Shown one piece after another: positions 38,115 through 51,207 of a stretch of DNA of 64,000 nucleotides. The notes beneath the pieces are model-generated. The model was given only the letters and a program-made list of their open reading frames with translations. It made no database searches and had not been told where the DNA came from. The DNA lies in the NCBI RefSeq assembly GCF_009834535.1, contig NC_045712.1, positions 1,674,001 through 1,738,000 on the forward strand, read 5' to 3'. The translations under genes and the position numbers were made by a program. Every line of letters starts with the position of its first letter. Position 1 is the stretch's first letter. Origin of the DNA: Camelus ferus. Lineage: Eukaryota.

Positions 38115-38359
38115 CTGGAATGCAAACATAGGATGGTCAACGCTGCTGCACCCCCAGGAGCCTTACTCAGCACACCAAGATGACGTTCAGAACCTAAGTT
38201 CTGGTATTCACCAGACAGCCTCTCCAAGTCAGCAAAATACTCAAAGAAGTCACCATCTTCCCTCCGTCCTCAGGATTAAAACTGGGTCCAGCCCTGCCAA
38301 CACGCTCGTGGCTCTAACATTTCACCTATGCTTGCCCTGTGGTTTAGAGGAAAAGGAGT

Positions 38360-38835
38360 GCAGGTTGTGTCAACCTCACAGATCTATGACTCTGGGTCTC
38401 AGCTTCCTCATCTCTAAAATGGGAAAGCATCAGTGATGTCCACCTCCAGAATGTTCCTGAGAGGGTCAACATAATGCCAAGCAAATTGTAATTGTTACTG
38501 TAGCGACAATTGATGGATCCCTTTTCTAAGTGCCAAGGCACCGTGATTAAGCACTTTCTGTGTATCATCTTACCGAATCCTTGGAGTAACTCTGTAAGGT
38601 AACCGGGCACGAGGCGCAGGAGCATGAGACTCTGTAGCCAGACCTCCTGGGTTCAAACCCTGGCTCTAGTGCCTACTAGCTGCACACCCTTAACAAGTTC
38701 ACTACCACCCCTGTGCCTCAGTTTTCTCATCTATAAAGTGGGCGTAACAATTTCATCTATTTTGCAGGGATGACTTGTTCTAAATGAAGCAGCACGTGTA
38801 AAGGACTTTGGACAGTGCCTGGTTCAGAGAAGGAA
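38360..38835. mobile_element. Cluster of about three MIR fragments in mixed orientation
   Basis: ctcagcttcctcatctctaaaatggg; aagtgccaaggcaccgtgattaagcactt; gggttcaaaccctggctct...gcctcagttttctcatctataaagtggg. Confidence 0.75.
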
Positions 38836-38888
38836 CTCAGTAAATGCCAGCCATTCTTCTTTTTCTTCTCTTTATCCCCATTCTAGAC

Positions 38889-39095
38889 CAGTGGTTATAA
38901 ACAAGGGATGATTTTGACCCCATCTCTACCCAGGGGATGACAGGCAACATCTGGAGATATTTTAAGTAGGGGGCAGGCTGCTGGCACCAGCTGGGTGGAG
39001 CCCACACATGCCGCTGAAGAGCCTGCAACGCACAGGACAGCCCTGACAGCACGGCCCTCTTCAGATGTCAGGTGTGCTGTGGCTGAGAAGCCCAG
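38889..39095 (+). mobile_element. MER20 (hAT-Charlie)
   Basis: cagtggtt...gatgattttgacccc...gcaacatctggagatatttt...gcacaggacagccc...ggctgagaagcccag; 8-bp TSD-like flanks ttctagac / ctctaaac. Confidence 0.85.
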
Positions 39096-39605
39096 CTCTA
39101 AACTTAAAAAACCAAGGTCAAACCTGCTCACGGCCATTGGACTCCAACACTTTTGAGTCTACATGCTCCCCATGATTACTTCCCTTTGAGGGAGATAATA
39201 GGAAAAAAGCTTTATGAACTCTCAAATATTTTAGAAAGTAAGGGAGAATTAGGTGAGAAAAAAAAAAAACAACATCCAGTTTTCAAGGGTTTGTCTTCAA
39301 GTTTCTCTAACACTAAATGGAAAATTGTACAGGAAAAGATTATTGATGGATTTCCTGCCAATAACACCCTGAGCTGGACCAAGAATGCATATTCGTTTAT
39401 GAAACAAGAGGAGCCTCCCGAGCAGCAGGCATTCGGCTCAGGGCACAGAGGAGGACTTGCATCAGACGGGTCGTCTTCTGCCGAAAGCCCCAATCAGAAC
39501 AGTGTGAAGTCGAGAAGCCACGTGGAAACTGAAGGACAACCAGGGATCCCGCGCACGTTCACAGCCCAGCTGGATGAAGGGCTGCACGCGGGGCGGGGGA
39601 TTTAC

Positions 39606-39786
39606 CTTTCTTCCGGGATGGGGCGTCCCTGTCCGCCTCGTCGTCTTTCTTTTTATTTCCCAAGTCACTCGTGTTCACCGTCACCGTCGCCTTGATTTCT
39701 TGCTGGGCCACCTTCATTCGGTCGTAGAAGACCTTGAAGAATTTCTCTGACTTCTTATCTTCTGTCAACCGGCAGAAGAAGGAGTG
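39606..39786 (-). CDS. ITPR1: ITPR1 exon A (181 nt, phase 0 to 1): [60 protein letters not shown]
   Basis: Acceptor gttctcgttggcag|CAC, donor AAAG|gtaaat; overlaps ORF 39559..39768. Confidence 0.97.
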
Positions 39787-41599
39787 CTGCCAACGAGAAC
39801 CCAGAGACGGTCAACACTGACAGACCAGTTACTGCGCCCCACTTGGGACACCGAAACCTCACCAAGAGCAGAGCCAGCCACAAATCCTCACCAGTGGTCT
39901 AAGCTCGGACCAAGGGTAAACACCGTTCCACGCACTATTGTTCTCTGGAGTCTACAGCCTGAGTTTTCCTACATGGAGCCTTTAAAGCCACTGCTGTGGG
40001 ATGTCTTAGTTGGAGCAGCTGGAGTCACCCGGGCTTGGGAAGCACGCTAAGGCACGGCAGGCAACCTTTAGCCAATTAAGCATGACCGTCTGCACACATA
40101 CAAACCAACCCCACCCACAATGGAAACAGAATGTATTTCTGGTGATTGTGCCACGGCCACTCACGTGTTTCAGGACTTCTGTGAGCCCTCCCCCTTGCAC
40201 AGCCTTGTGGACACGTACAGATGTGTAGGACGCGCTCCCTGCCCCTGTAGGGCTCTGCACCGGGTTACGGTGACACACGCATAAGTAAGGCTGAAGTGTA
40301 TAAGTAAAATGTGCTCCAGAAGCTACACAGACAATTATATTATAGAAGCTCAGAGCTGGCAAGGATGACACGGGGCTGGAGTGATCCCAAAATCTTCATG
40401 AAAAAAGATGGTTTTCAAATTGCATCTTTATAGGACAGGTAAAGGGATGGTTAGATGAAGCAGCTCACAATGAACAGGTAACTCGCCTCTTGGATACACA
40501 TTTTTTGTTTTTGGACCTACTGCAAGCAATAGTATACATTGTTGATGTAAAAACACAATATGGTGTCTTAACTTCATTTATGAGCATTCTCTTTTCACCC
40601 CTTTGCAAACACCACGCTGTTGTGAGTTATTTACATAAAAATACAATACGGTCAATTTCCAGAGGAAGAAAACAAAGCTCCAAACAATGTATTTGCTTCT
40701 CCCAGTTGGATCTTTCTGCCAATTTCATATCCTCCCCCATTTGGAAAGATGGCATTTCCCTACAGAAGGTAACCCTAGGCTTGTAATCCCAGAAGAAACA
40801 CAAAATCTTACCAGCCTCCTCAAGCCCTTAACTCCTCCGTCTGTAACCTCTCCCCACACTTAGCGCCTGATGTAGCAGGCCCCCCGCCCCAGAGAGCCGC
40901 CATGTTTCCATCTGCCCACGTGCACCTCCATCACTGGGACCCTCCTTCCAGCCACTAGCCCGCATGCTACACTGACAGGTGTCTGCCTCATTTGCCCACA
41001 AAGCACTTCTTGATTGTGCCCTTCCTTCTCCCTCTCCCTGCTCTTCTTTACCTCTGGGTGTCTCTTACATACAACACAGGATCCATCCTTCCTGCGCGTG
41101 CTCCCTGGTTCCATCTTTTCCCTTCCAACCACTCCCAAGTACCAGTGACAAGTCCCCACCTGCCGACGGCTTGGACTTATCACTCTGTGTGTCGCTGTTC
41201 TCCAAGACACCCACTCTCTGGAACAAGCTCAAGTCTTTAGGGTGCTCCATTGCCCTTCACTGCCTTTTATTTTCTTTTAGATTCTATTTCGTCCATCAAT
41301 CCATCCACGATTTACCATGCCTCTGTCACGACTTGGTCACTATGCCCATCATAGGAGAAACAATGATGAGCAAAAAGGGGCCTGGACCCTGACACCCCCA
41401 TGAACTGGCAGCTTTGTAAAGAAAAGACACAGTTGTTCAATAATCACCCTCAAGACTTCTGCTAAAGTAGCCTTTTATCCACTGACTTAGCAGAGTGCTG
41501 GCAAACGGTGCTGGCAGACACTCAGGGCCACCGCCCTGTTCTTCCTTGCTTTTCCTGGCTCTTCCCATGGCTAGGGTACCCCATTCTTCACTCATACCA

Positions 41600-41820
41600 C
41601 TCATGTCACCTCCTCAGTCACATTCTGTTTTATTCTTCATAGCAACTGGCCTCTGAAACAACCCTTCTATTTGCTGTTCACCTACTTACTCTCTGTCTTA
41701 GCCAGAGTGCAAGCTCTCAGAGGGCAGGTGCCTCCCCTGTGTGGCTCACAGCCATCTCTGGAGCCCCCCCGAAGAGGCTCAGCACACAGAAGGTGCTCTA
41801 TCGTTATTTGATGAAAGAAC
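41600..41820 (+). mobile_element. L2 3' end fragment. Similar L2 relics near 150-255, 9150-9560, 33750-34100, 35700-35960, 41280-41460 and 48950-49270
   Basis: gagtgcaagctctcagagggcagg...gctcagcacacagaaggtgctctatcgttatttgatgaa resembles the L2 3' terminus. Confidence 0.6.
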
Positions 41821-43483
41821 AAATACAACTCGACCCTTTACGGCTCCTCTGAACTTGATTCCCCAGCTCCCTCAGACCCCACTCAGATTCTGCTTATATT
41901 CAGTGGCCACAGCAGAAATAAACCCCTAACACAGATTAATTCTGGAAAATTGTTCAAGTATGAGAAACCAAGTTCCAATGGTTCACTGCTTTGAGAGCCG
42001 ATGGGTCTGCAGACAGACGAAAGGAGACGAGTGTGGGACTAAGACGGACCTACGGCCACCTCATCGCAGTGATGGCATTCTCCACTAAAAGAAGTCATGC
42101 AACAGCTCACCCTACGGGTTCACGGGGAGACTGTGTGAGAAAGCAGCTGCTTGGGGCAATTAACTTCAGTTCCTGCCCCATTCGTCTTATCATGGGATGG
42201 AGGCAACTTAAAAAGCATCCGTGGACAGTCCGGTCATTCAAGAAAGTGAATGCACTTAAAGGAAATAAGTCAATAAATACACAGCTACAGCCAACCATCT
42301 GTCGTCTGTAACAGTGCAACAGACACGCCGATCACCGCTTAACATGTAGCCAGGAAACCCAACGGATGTCAACTGATAGGGTCAAGGCAAGGAGACCTCG
42401 CATGAAATGAGAGAAGGGCAACGGCCTGAGGATTACATGCTTCTATATATGCTTCTGCAACAGGCCGTGTATTTATTTAGCATTATTTATAACTATCCTC
42501 AGCCCCTCAAGGATTTGAAGCCACTGTATAAACAAAATGTGATCAGTAAAATAACCAAATGGACAGCGGGGTATAGCAAGACAGGAGTAAATACAGAAAA
42601 CTGGAATCAAACAAGGTTGGGGACTGGAAGTCACGAGAAGTGATTCAGGGTAGTCTTGGACTTGGCTCCGAGGTACCCGGCCATCATGCTGGAAAGAGAG
42701 GTGAACTCTATCATGCCTCTTGGTTAACAGTCAAGACGAGAGATACCACTGGTGCCTCAAAGGAAGGAAAATGTCTCTTAATGGAGGGGTTAGTAGTGCA
42801 GGCTTTCCAGTAGGACCTCCTGGGTTCAAGACTCGGGTCTCTTACCCACTGGCTCTGTGACCCCAGGCAAGTAACTCAGCATCTCTGAGCCCATGTGGAA
42901 GGATGCCGAGGTGGACACAAAGCTCTTGACGTGGTGCCCACTGAGTGAGCTGGCTTTGTTTCTGTCCCACCATCACGTAAATATCCATCCCCACAGTGAA
43001 GTCATCGCCTGCCCGAGCAGCTACATGGTGAGAACCGTCTCCAGAGTCAGAGAGACCAGGCCTCAGCGACACCACTCACTACTCTAGCCAGTGTCACCTC
43101 AGAAAGAGACAACGTCTCTCAAACCCAAATTTCCTCCTCCGCTGGATGGGCATGATCGCAGGGTGCATCCTTCACGGGTGGTCCTGGAGCCCCAGGGAGA
43201 TAAGTCACAGTAACGCTCACAGTGGCCAGCCCCTCCTGACTGCTGACCAGGGGCGAGGAACTCGGGGTACACCTTAGTGTGGACGTCCAGGGGAGGCTCA
43301 GGCCATGGAGGTGGTGCAGCAGCGAGGGGAGGCAGGAGTGGTGCTTCAAGTCTCCTGATCAAGAAGCTCAACAGAGATACTCTGGAAGGAAGAGGCTTGG
43401 TCTCCTGAAGGGAAGTGGCTGTATCTTGTACACGAGGAGAAGAGAAAATGACAACAGCTTGGGGGACCAGAACTTCAGCACCC

Positions 43484-43485
<2 letters not shown>

Positions 43486-43530
<45 letters not shown>
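43486..43530. repeat. (CA)22 microsatellite
   Basis: 45 bp of alternating AC. Confidence 0.98.
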
Positions 43531-43532
<2 letters not shown>

Positions 43533-44859
43533 CTCCTCCGAGGAACGCCAGGGCTCCATGGAACATCCCAAGCCAGTCCCTTCTGACCACGCTCAGGGGT
43601 GGCTGGGTGACAGGATGGCCTGAGTTTTACTCTTGCTCTCAGACAGCTGTCAAGTGGACAAGCTTTACCCCCCTCAGGCTGCTTGAGCTGAACGGGGATT
43701 AAGGAACTGAGGTTTTAGTTTAAAATAATAAGGAAACCGCCCTTTCGGGTCACTCTTAAAAGTGAGAAAATATCCCTTGATTGGCCTGGCAGCCACGCAC
43801 CTACCACGCCCAGCCAAGTCCTCGCAAAGGAACAGAGCGTGATTTATGACAAGCCCGCCCAGGTTCTGAAACCAGAGGCGGCCCGAGGTTAGGGACCAGC
43901 AGAAAACAGGCCGCAAGTGCGCAGGAGCTGGGGGTGGACTCCTTTCTTTAGGAGGAAGAGGTCACGGCCCCAGTCACCCTGAGCAGGAAAGGGTCCGGGA
44001 GGAAGAATGGGAGATGCTGGCCCTCCCACGCACTAGACACACACCGGGGAAGGTGAGTGAATGAGCACCTTACTGAAAAGCCATCTTCCCCGAGCTAGAG
44101 GGTTGGAGGGGGTGAAAGACAGGCTTTGAACCCTGGAACCCAGAGCCAGGCAGCCTGTACCTCCAAGGACATGAGGCCATTGTGATGGGAGGAGCCCTTT
44201 CCGGGCATCTCGGCTACACAAAGGGACAGGAGCAAGAAGCAGAAACAGCTCTGATCCAGGATGGGGCCTGAAAGGAGCAGGGACGGTATGGGGAGGGCAG
44301 GCCCCAGCACTCCTGGGACAGCTACGAGACTCTGACCCTTCCCCAGAGGAAAGCATCTATGCCCTGCGGTGGTCCACCTTGTAGAAACCCCCATGGTGGG
44401 CCTTGAGAGAATCTGGAGAGTGAGCTTTTCTGTCTGACTGCCTCATACAACTCAACTCTGACCAACACACCCCATGACACCCACTCTGGGTGCCTACTTA
44501 TCTGCTGCAGAATGAATTATGTTCTCAGACTACGTGCAAGAATTTGAAAAATGTGACTGCTGAGTGGTACTGAATGCTTGTGCTTCCAGGAGCTGATGGA
44601 AATTCTTCCCTGGAGTCTGATTTTCCTCTTCTCACCCTGCCTCTGGCACACGAGGACCTCAGCCCTGGCCCTGCCTTCTCCAGGACTTGAAGGCTTGTCT
44701 CCAACCGGACAAACCCATTCCTGCCCAGCTCCTACAGATGCTCTGCTGGTGACAGGGTAACCACGAGGTGTGGGGTTTCCTTCCTACACTGGTGACTGCC
44801 TGAGACTTCACCCCTCCCTGGGGAGTCCCGCTCTGTAAATTATATTACTGTGAATGGTA

Positions 44860-45090
44860 ACGGAACACTTCCAATTTGCCAGGCACTGCCCAGGTGCTTT
44901 GTACATGGTATCTCACTTAATCCTTATAACTACCTATGAGGTCTGGGCTATTACTATCCCCACTTTACGGATGAAGACACTGAGGCTCAGAGAGGTCACA
45001 TGACATGCCAAGTCAGACAGCTCGGAAGTGGCGGTAGTGCCCCAGGACTCAGCCCCATTTGTCTGATGCTTCAGCCCTTGCCCTCAACCA
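44860..45090. mobile_element. MIR SINE, well preserved
   Basis: ccaggcactgcccaggtgcttt...cttaatccttataactacctatgagg...ccccactttacggatgaagacactgaggctcagagagg core. Confidence 0.85.
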
Positions 45091-48000
45091 CCCTGCTGTG
45101 TTCAGCACCTCTCACCTGAGCCAGAGTGTGTCAAACTCCAAACACCTTTTGGCTTTTTATAACACACTCCCCCACCAACCACCCCGCGTCTCTCAGCTGC
45201 ACAAACACAGACTCTTCTCACAGTACAGACTGGCTGTGTCAGGAATACAGGTGAATGGGCCCGATGCACTTGCTAACATGTGCTCCCAAACCAGCCCCTT
45301 CTGCTCTTCAAAGCTTTGCCAGGGCTGGGAGTTACAGATTGTTAACCAAACCACTGCCATGCAACAACCACTGTAGGTCTTGAGTCCTTTCCTTAGAAAG
45401 CCATGACAATAATCAAAACCCAAAGATCATGAACCATGAACTGGGTGGTAAAATGCACGTGGCTGAGGCACATGAGCCTGGAGAACTGCAGGTCTGGAAA
45501 CCTCAATTTTAGCCACTGCTCGCCTCTAACCAGGCACGTGAGCTTCGGCAAGCTGCATCAACCGCATCTGTGCCCCGGGCTCCTTCTGTGAAAAACAAGT
45601 CTCTTATCACCTGCCTTGTCTGCATCACATGGATGCTGGGGTCCATCAAGATCGCAGTTATGAAACACTCCATGTGAAAAACACTTTGATTGCTACAGGA
45701 AACTACTCAAAAGCAAGGTGTGTAATCAGTCAATGCCCCTCTCAAAGGAAAGGCGTTAGCAGGTAAGATAGGTGGGTCCACTAATGTGCTGGGTGTCGTG
45801 TGATGGCCCAAGTCTAGCGTGCCTCAAACATCCAAAGACAAACAATTCCAGCCAGTACGGGTAGGTCAAGGTTGCCCGTCAAGTGATGGCAAAAACACAA
45901 CGAAGAGCAATTCCCAGCAATCGTAACAACGAAGGAAGTTAGCACACAAGTCCAGCTGGAATATCACTTGTTACAGAAGCCATTCAGGTGCCCTCAGACA
46001 CAGACAGAAAACTTTTTGCTTCCATACTTTGGCTTCCACTTCTCAAAGTTTAGGCTACCCACGGCAGAACATAAGCTTGGTGTCAGACCATCCTCTCGGA
46101 CAGTCCCAAGTCTTCCAACGTGAGTGATTTTTTCTCAATATTTCCAACTATTCATGACATCAGGAAATGCATGATAATTACGGAAGCGGGCAGTAAGTAC
46201 CAACCACTCCCCTGGTGTATGTTAGCACTCGCTCTAAGGAGGACATGTTTTAGCAAGGTTTGGTGGGTTTCAACCAGTACACATCTGGAAGTTATCAGCT
46301 CATCCATCTCTCTGAGGATGCCACCAGCCTTAACGAGGTCAGAAATAATAGAAACTTTAAAGCAGAAAAGAAGGAAATGATGAAGCGAAGCAAGGAGGGG
46401 CTGGAAAGGCATCCACATTTCAACTTCATGCCTCTGAAAAGAGCTCCCACCTCGTCCAAACCGGAAAGCCATCTCTTGACAAGCCACAGATAAACATCAT
46501 GTCTCAACTCCTCTGCCCTGCCAGGCTGCCTTCTGCTCAGTGCTGATGCCCAAGGCCTGAGAGCGAGCTGGAGGACAAGGGAACCTCACTCAAACTCATC
46601 TGGCCCTTGGGCTCTAGGGAAGGGCCTGAGCTGCGAAGTCAAGACCGAAGCAGTGGATCTTCAAGCTGTTTCTCGAGTTGAATTTGTTTCATTTTTTTTG
46701 GCAAGCAGCCAAGTCCAACCTGTTCCCTAAGAATCACTTTTCTTCTGAGACCTGAGAGCCTCACACATCTCCTTTCCTGTCTCCCAGGCCCCAAGAGAAG
46801 CAGCTCTTGCTGGGAAAGTCTGCCCTACCTGGTAAGCGCCTACCCCATGTGGATCAGGATGCTAACAGCTTCTCACATACTCATCAATGACATCTCAAGC
46901 AACAAATTCTACTTCCTTTTTTTTTTTTTAAAAACAAAGTTTATAGGCATTATCTTACAAAGTAACTATATGTGTAGGTAAACTGTCTGCAGTAACATCT
47001 CTAGCAATATGTAACAGTGAAATCACACAGATTTCAGGGAGGGAGGTCAGACCTCTGACCCAGGGACAAGAAGCGGACTCCAAATTTTCTCTCGGTTCAA
47101 TTCTCAAACCTCCTTACAGAGGCCAAAGGCCAGCATCTTCTGTGGGGTGCATGGACATAGCCATCTGTCTCTTCCAGCAAAAGACAGGGAAACAAAGGAG
47201 GCCCCAGAAAAAAACAACCATGACCAGTGGAACAGGAAATAGAATGTGGCAGGGGCCTCCTTGGAATCTTCTTCAAGTGCAAGAAGGCTGCTTTGGTTGC
47301 TCAAGTCAACACAGGGCTTATAAAAAAAAAAAAAAAAGAAAGGCACCGTGTAGCAGACAAGACTGCGCTTAGACCTCAGGACGGACTCGTGTGAAAGCAT
47401 TCAGGGAGGGTTTAGAGTCTTGGTCCCCAAGATCTACTCGACTAGAAGAAAAAGATGATAATCATTCTCCAGCGCGTGTCCGGGGCTGCTGGTGAGGCAC
47501 CTGGCCTCCGACGGTGCCCTCCGGGGCTGATTCTATGATTCAGCAAAATGTGCCTCCTGGGGGTTCACAGGAAACTCTGAGGTCCTGCGTCACTGCGCCC
47601 ACAGACTCGCCGTGGGATCTGTGATGGGAGGGCAGAAGCCTTCTCAGTGAGGCCCCACCCTGTATCATGAGACCTGAAAAGAACAAGACACGAGGTGCTG
47701 GGAAACTTGTCACCAAGAAATGCACGCTGGGCCTCTGCCAGGGAGGGTGCAGGTGGGTCCCCTGCATAGAACCGGGCGGCGACCCAGCTGCTGAGCCTTC
47801 CGACTTCACTGGGGGGGCTCCCTTGTGTTACCAAGAAAGGCCTGACATGGGCATCGGAGGGCAAGACCTTTGATCTTTGGTCTCATTTCCATTCTGGGTA
47901 CCTGAGGGCCAATCCATCAACACTGACCAATGTTTCCTGCCCGCAAAGCACCAAGGTTCCTCAGGGCCTCCAACTTGAGCTTTCTGTCCACATCAGTTAG

Positions 48001-50139
48001 AATTCTTTGCACACCTACAGGCCGTGTTTATACAGAGAGCAGCAGGGGCCCAGAGAACAGGCTCAGCCCTCAGCACGCTCCGCAGGGAACACACAGGCAG
48101 ACGGGGTGGCTGAGGAAGGGGGTGGCTGTGGGCAGGGCATCGACGAACTTGCAGCCTCAGTCTCCTCGTCCGTCACGGAGGCAGGAGGAGGGTAACAGCC
48201 ACCCGCGGGGCTGTGGGATGGAAAGGCGGTAACGGGGAAAGCCCGCACAGGGCCGGTGCTGGTAGCTGTTCTATACCAGACACTCTCCCATCCCCACTCT
48301 CAACAAACCTAGCTCTGATGGGTCCACTCGACCACAGCATCCAAGGGGAAATAAATATACCCTGGCCTGCCGGGGGCAAGGTCACTGGCTGGAAATAGCA
48401 AAACATCAGGCAAAGGAGTGTCTTCCTGAGGGAGGGCCACCGTCACCCTCAGTCCTCGGGTCAGTCGGCCAGCTCTCAGATCTCAGCCCCAGCCTGCACC
48501 CCAGAGGGCAGGTCGCAGGACTTTCACTTTTCCCCACCCCACGGGCCCACGTCTCTGGGTACTGGCCCATCAGGTAGCTTCCATATGGCTGCACAGAACA
48601 TCCTTGGGATCTGACAGTAAAACGTACAGATGGCCACACGGATGGAGGTGGCGGGATGAAATCACACAGCACTCGTCTGTGTAAGTGCTGCTTAATATAC
48701 TACGGCTTTGGCACTGGTCACGTGTATCCAAGCAGGTCACAGCCCGAGCCAACTTGGTGCCCTTTAGAAGCACTGAGTAGGGCTTGGCAGGGGCCGCAGA
48801 GATCACCCCGGCCAGCCTCTCACCTGGTGACAAGTGCACTACCTGGGCCGAGCGGTCATCTCACGCCCTGCTCCCTTCCCCCGCCCCTCCCCGGGGCTCC
48901 ATTCCAACCGCAGTGGCCTCCTTCAGCTCCTGCAATATGCCAACCTGTCTGCACACTCCTGCCCTCTGTTCTTCACGTGACTGGTTCTCTTCCCACCTGC
49001 TAGGTCTCGACTTAAATGACATCTCCCTAGAGAAGGCTCCCCTGACCACCCTCAGGGGCTTCTCCACGACACTCTGGACCCTGGTAGCTTCCCTTTTCAC
49101 GCTTCCCCCAGTTTACTTATTTAATTGTTAACTGGCTTATGATTCATTTCCCCTGCTGGACTATATAACCTTGAAGGCAGGACCCGTGATCTCACCTCAT
49201 CCCTGACAGTATCGCGGCCCCCTCACCAGGGGCCGGGCACCTCCATAAACACCTGCTCTCCTAATGAATACACAACAGTCCCGAAGGAGGGGCAACCCTG
49301 AAAAACTGAAATCGAGTCGAGGTTTGCATCTCTGGCAGCTGAAGTTTAACTCAATAACCAGAAGATCCCTCTCTGTGAAAGCGCAAAGTCTCGCCAAACG
49401 GGGACAGTGCCAAAAGCCAAACACGAGCTGAAGGAGGCTGATGTGGCGTTCTCGCCTCTCAGAGGCTGCTCGGGTCTGCGCACAGGCCGCGGAGATGGGC
49501 TCAGGCTGGCTGGGGCTCCTAATCCACCTAGTTAACCATCAACTACTCTGGCCCCGCTGACATCTGTATTATCAGCCATGGGGCAGGAAGGACAGTTATT
49601 GCTGGGCCTCCCATCTCAGAACCTGACTTGGTAACTAAAAGCTCTGGGCTGAACAGTTTGTGGGCTTGTGTTGCAAGGAGATTAATAAAAACACATTTCT
49701 CAAACACCATATGGTGAGGGCAACTGAAACAAAGCCTCTTCCAAGAACAATATAATTTTTCTTAAGTCCTGAATTCAAAGGGAAACAAGCCGCTTGACGA
49801 CATCAGATGGTTTCTAGGGGGATCGCCTTTGGCGTCTGGGACATCTTGATGACAAGTTTAAAACCCAGGCAAGGGAAAACTGCTAGAAACATCAAGAGAG
49901 GCTCTGACACTTTCAAAAAGGAACTCAGAGGACTCAGGAAGCGCACGTGGGCATAGATTCCTCTGTGAAAAGGAGGGGCAAAGCCAGCTGCGAATGTCAC
50001 GTAGGTTCTCAGAGGCTCAGGGTCCAAGCTTGGGCGCGAGGTGTCTTTAATGCTCCCACGCCCAGACTCGAGCCGCTGGCAGTTTCCAATGAGAGAAGAT
50101 TCTCCACCGTGAGGTTCGCTCGGCTGGAAGAGTTCCAAA

Positions 50140-50150
50140 GGGAAAGTCCC
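50140..50150. promoter_or_regulatory. NF-kappaB site
   Basis: GGGAAAGTCCC; the reverse complement of 50141-50150 is exactly GGGACTTTCC, the canonical kappaB sequence. Function untested. Confidence 0.5.
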
Positions 50151-51207
50151 TCCAGTTACTCAGAGGGAAAAAAAAAGTTACCTTCTCGGTCTGGAATCCG
50201 GGGATATTTTATGCAGATGTCTCTAACAGAAGTTACTAAGGGGAAGTTAGCTCGCCTTTGATTATTCAAACAGGCTACTGCTGTTAAGAATTGCACAACT
50301 CTTGGGCAAGGCAGGGGTGGGTTTCGGCTTTTTTGTTTTTTTAAGCCTGTCCTCATGGGAACCACTTTTTCTTTACTAAGAACATTGCATTATAACCTCC
50401 ATACTCACGTCTGGTAATGCCTCTGCTCTCGTGGGGATGTGGCCAACAACCCAAAGCCACGAGACCACCAGGGTGCAGGTGGGCACTCCTGGGGCTGCCA
50501 CAGGGGAGCTTCTCAGAAGGACAGTTTTGCTTTCCTGCTGAGAATAGGATGGAGCAGACCCTTTTTTTTCTTTTTAAATGCAGGGTGAGTAATCTCAACC
50601 TGCCACCTTCACGTAACAGATGTAGCCGAAGCTCCAGGAGTTGTCACTGCAGGACAAACACGTTCTCTTGTTTTCATGTGGCTATACTTCATAAAGCCCT
50701 AGGTGAGACAGGAGAAGTCATCCCACCCAGAGCAAGGGCACACAGGAGGGTTAGGGAAATGCACATAGCCCTTCCCCTGAGGGGCAGAGCCACTGTCTGC
50801 CCGACTGGTAACGGAACCCACCCGGTCTGCAGGCAATCCGAGGACAGAGAGTGAACTTCAAGACCTCTAGGTTAGGCTCCTATAATGGAGGGACTGGTAA
50901 TAATAATAATAAAAAAAAAAGTCCGAGGACAAGAAATAAGGGAGGGTGGGGGAAAAGAGACTTTAGCCAAAACCCTTCTGATGTCCTAGAACTACACAAT
51001 GGGGAGCTCTTAGAGGGAAAGGAGAAGATTCTGTCTCTGGAGACAGCTCCAAGAATCCTGGGTGAGGTGTGAGAAACAAGGAAGCTTAGAGATTGGGAAA
51101 AAAAGAAAGAAAAGAAAAGAAAGTGGGGGGAGAGGAAGGAGTCGGGGAGAGGGGAGGGAGATCGCTGAGAGACAGGGGAATTAAAGAACACCATGGCAAC
51201 CAGTCTG

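Noticed and set aside
37876-38436. 186-aa + strand ORF and other + ORFs over exons B, C, E, F, H and K
   Set aside because: Antisense frames of GC-rich coding exons are commonly open; no independent coding signal.
43099-43702. ORFs with VCVC or THTH repeats
   Set aside because: Translations of the (CA)22 microsatellite.
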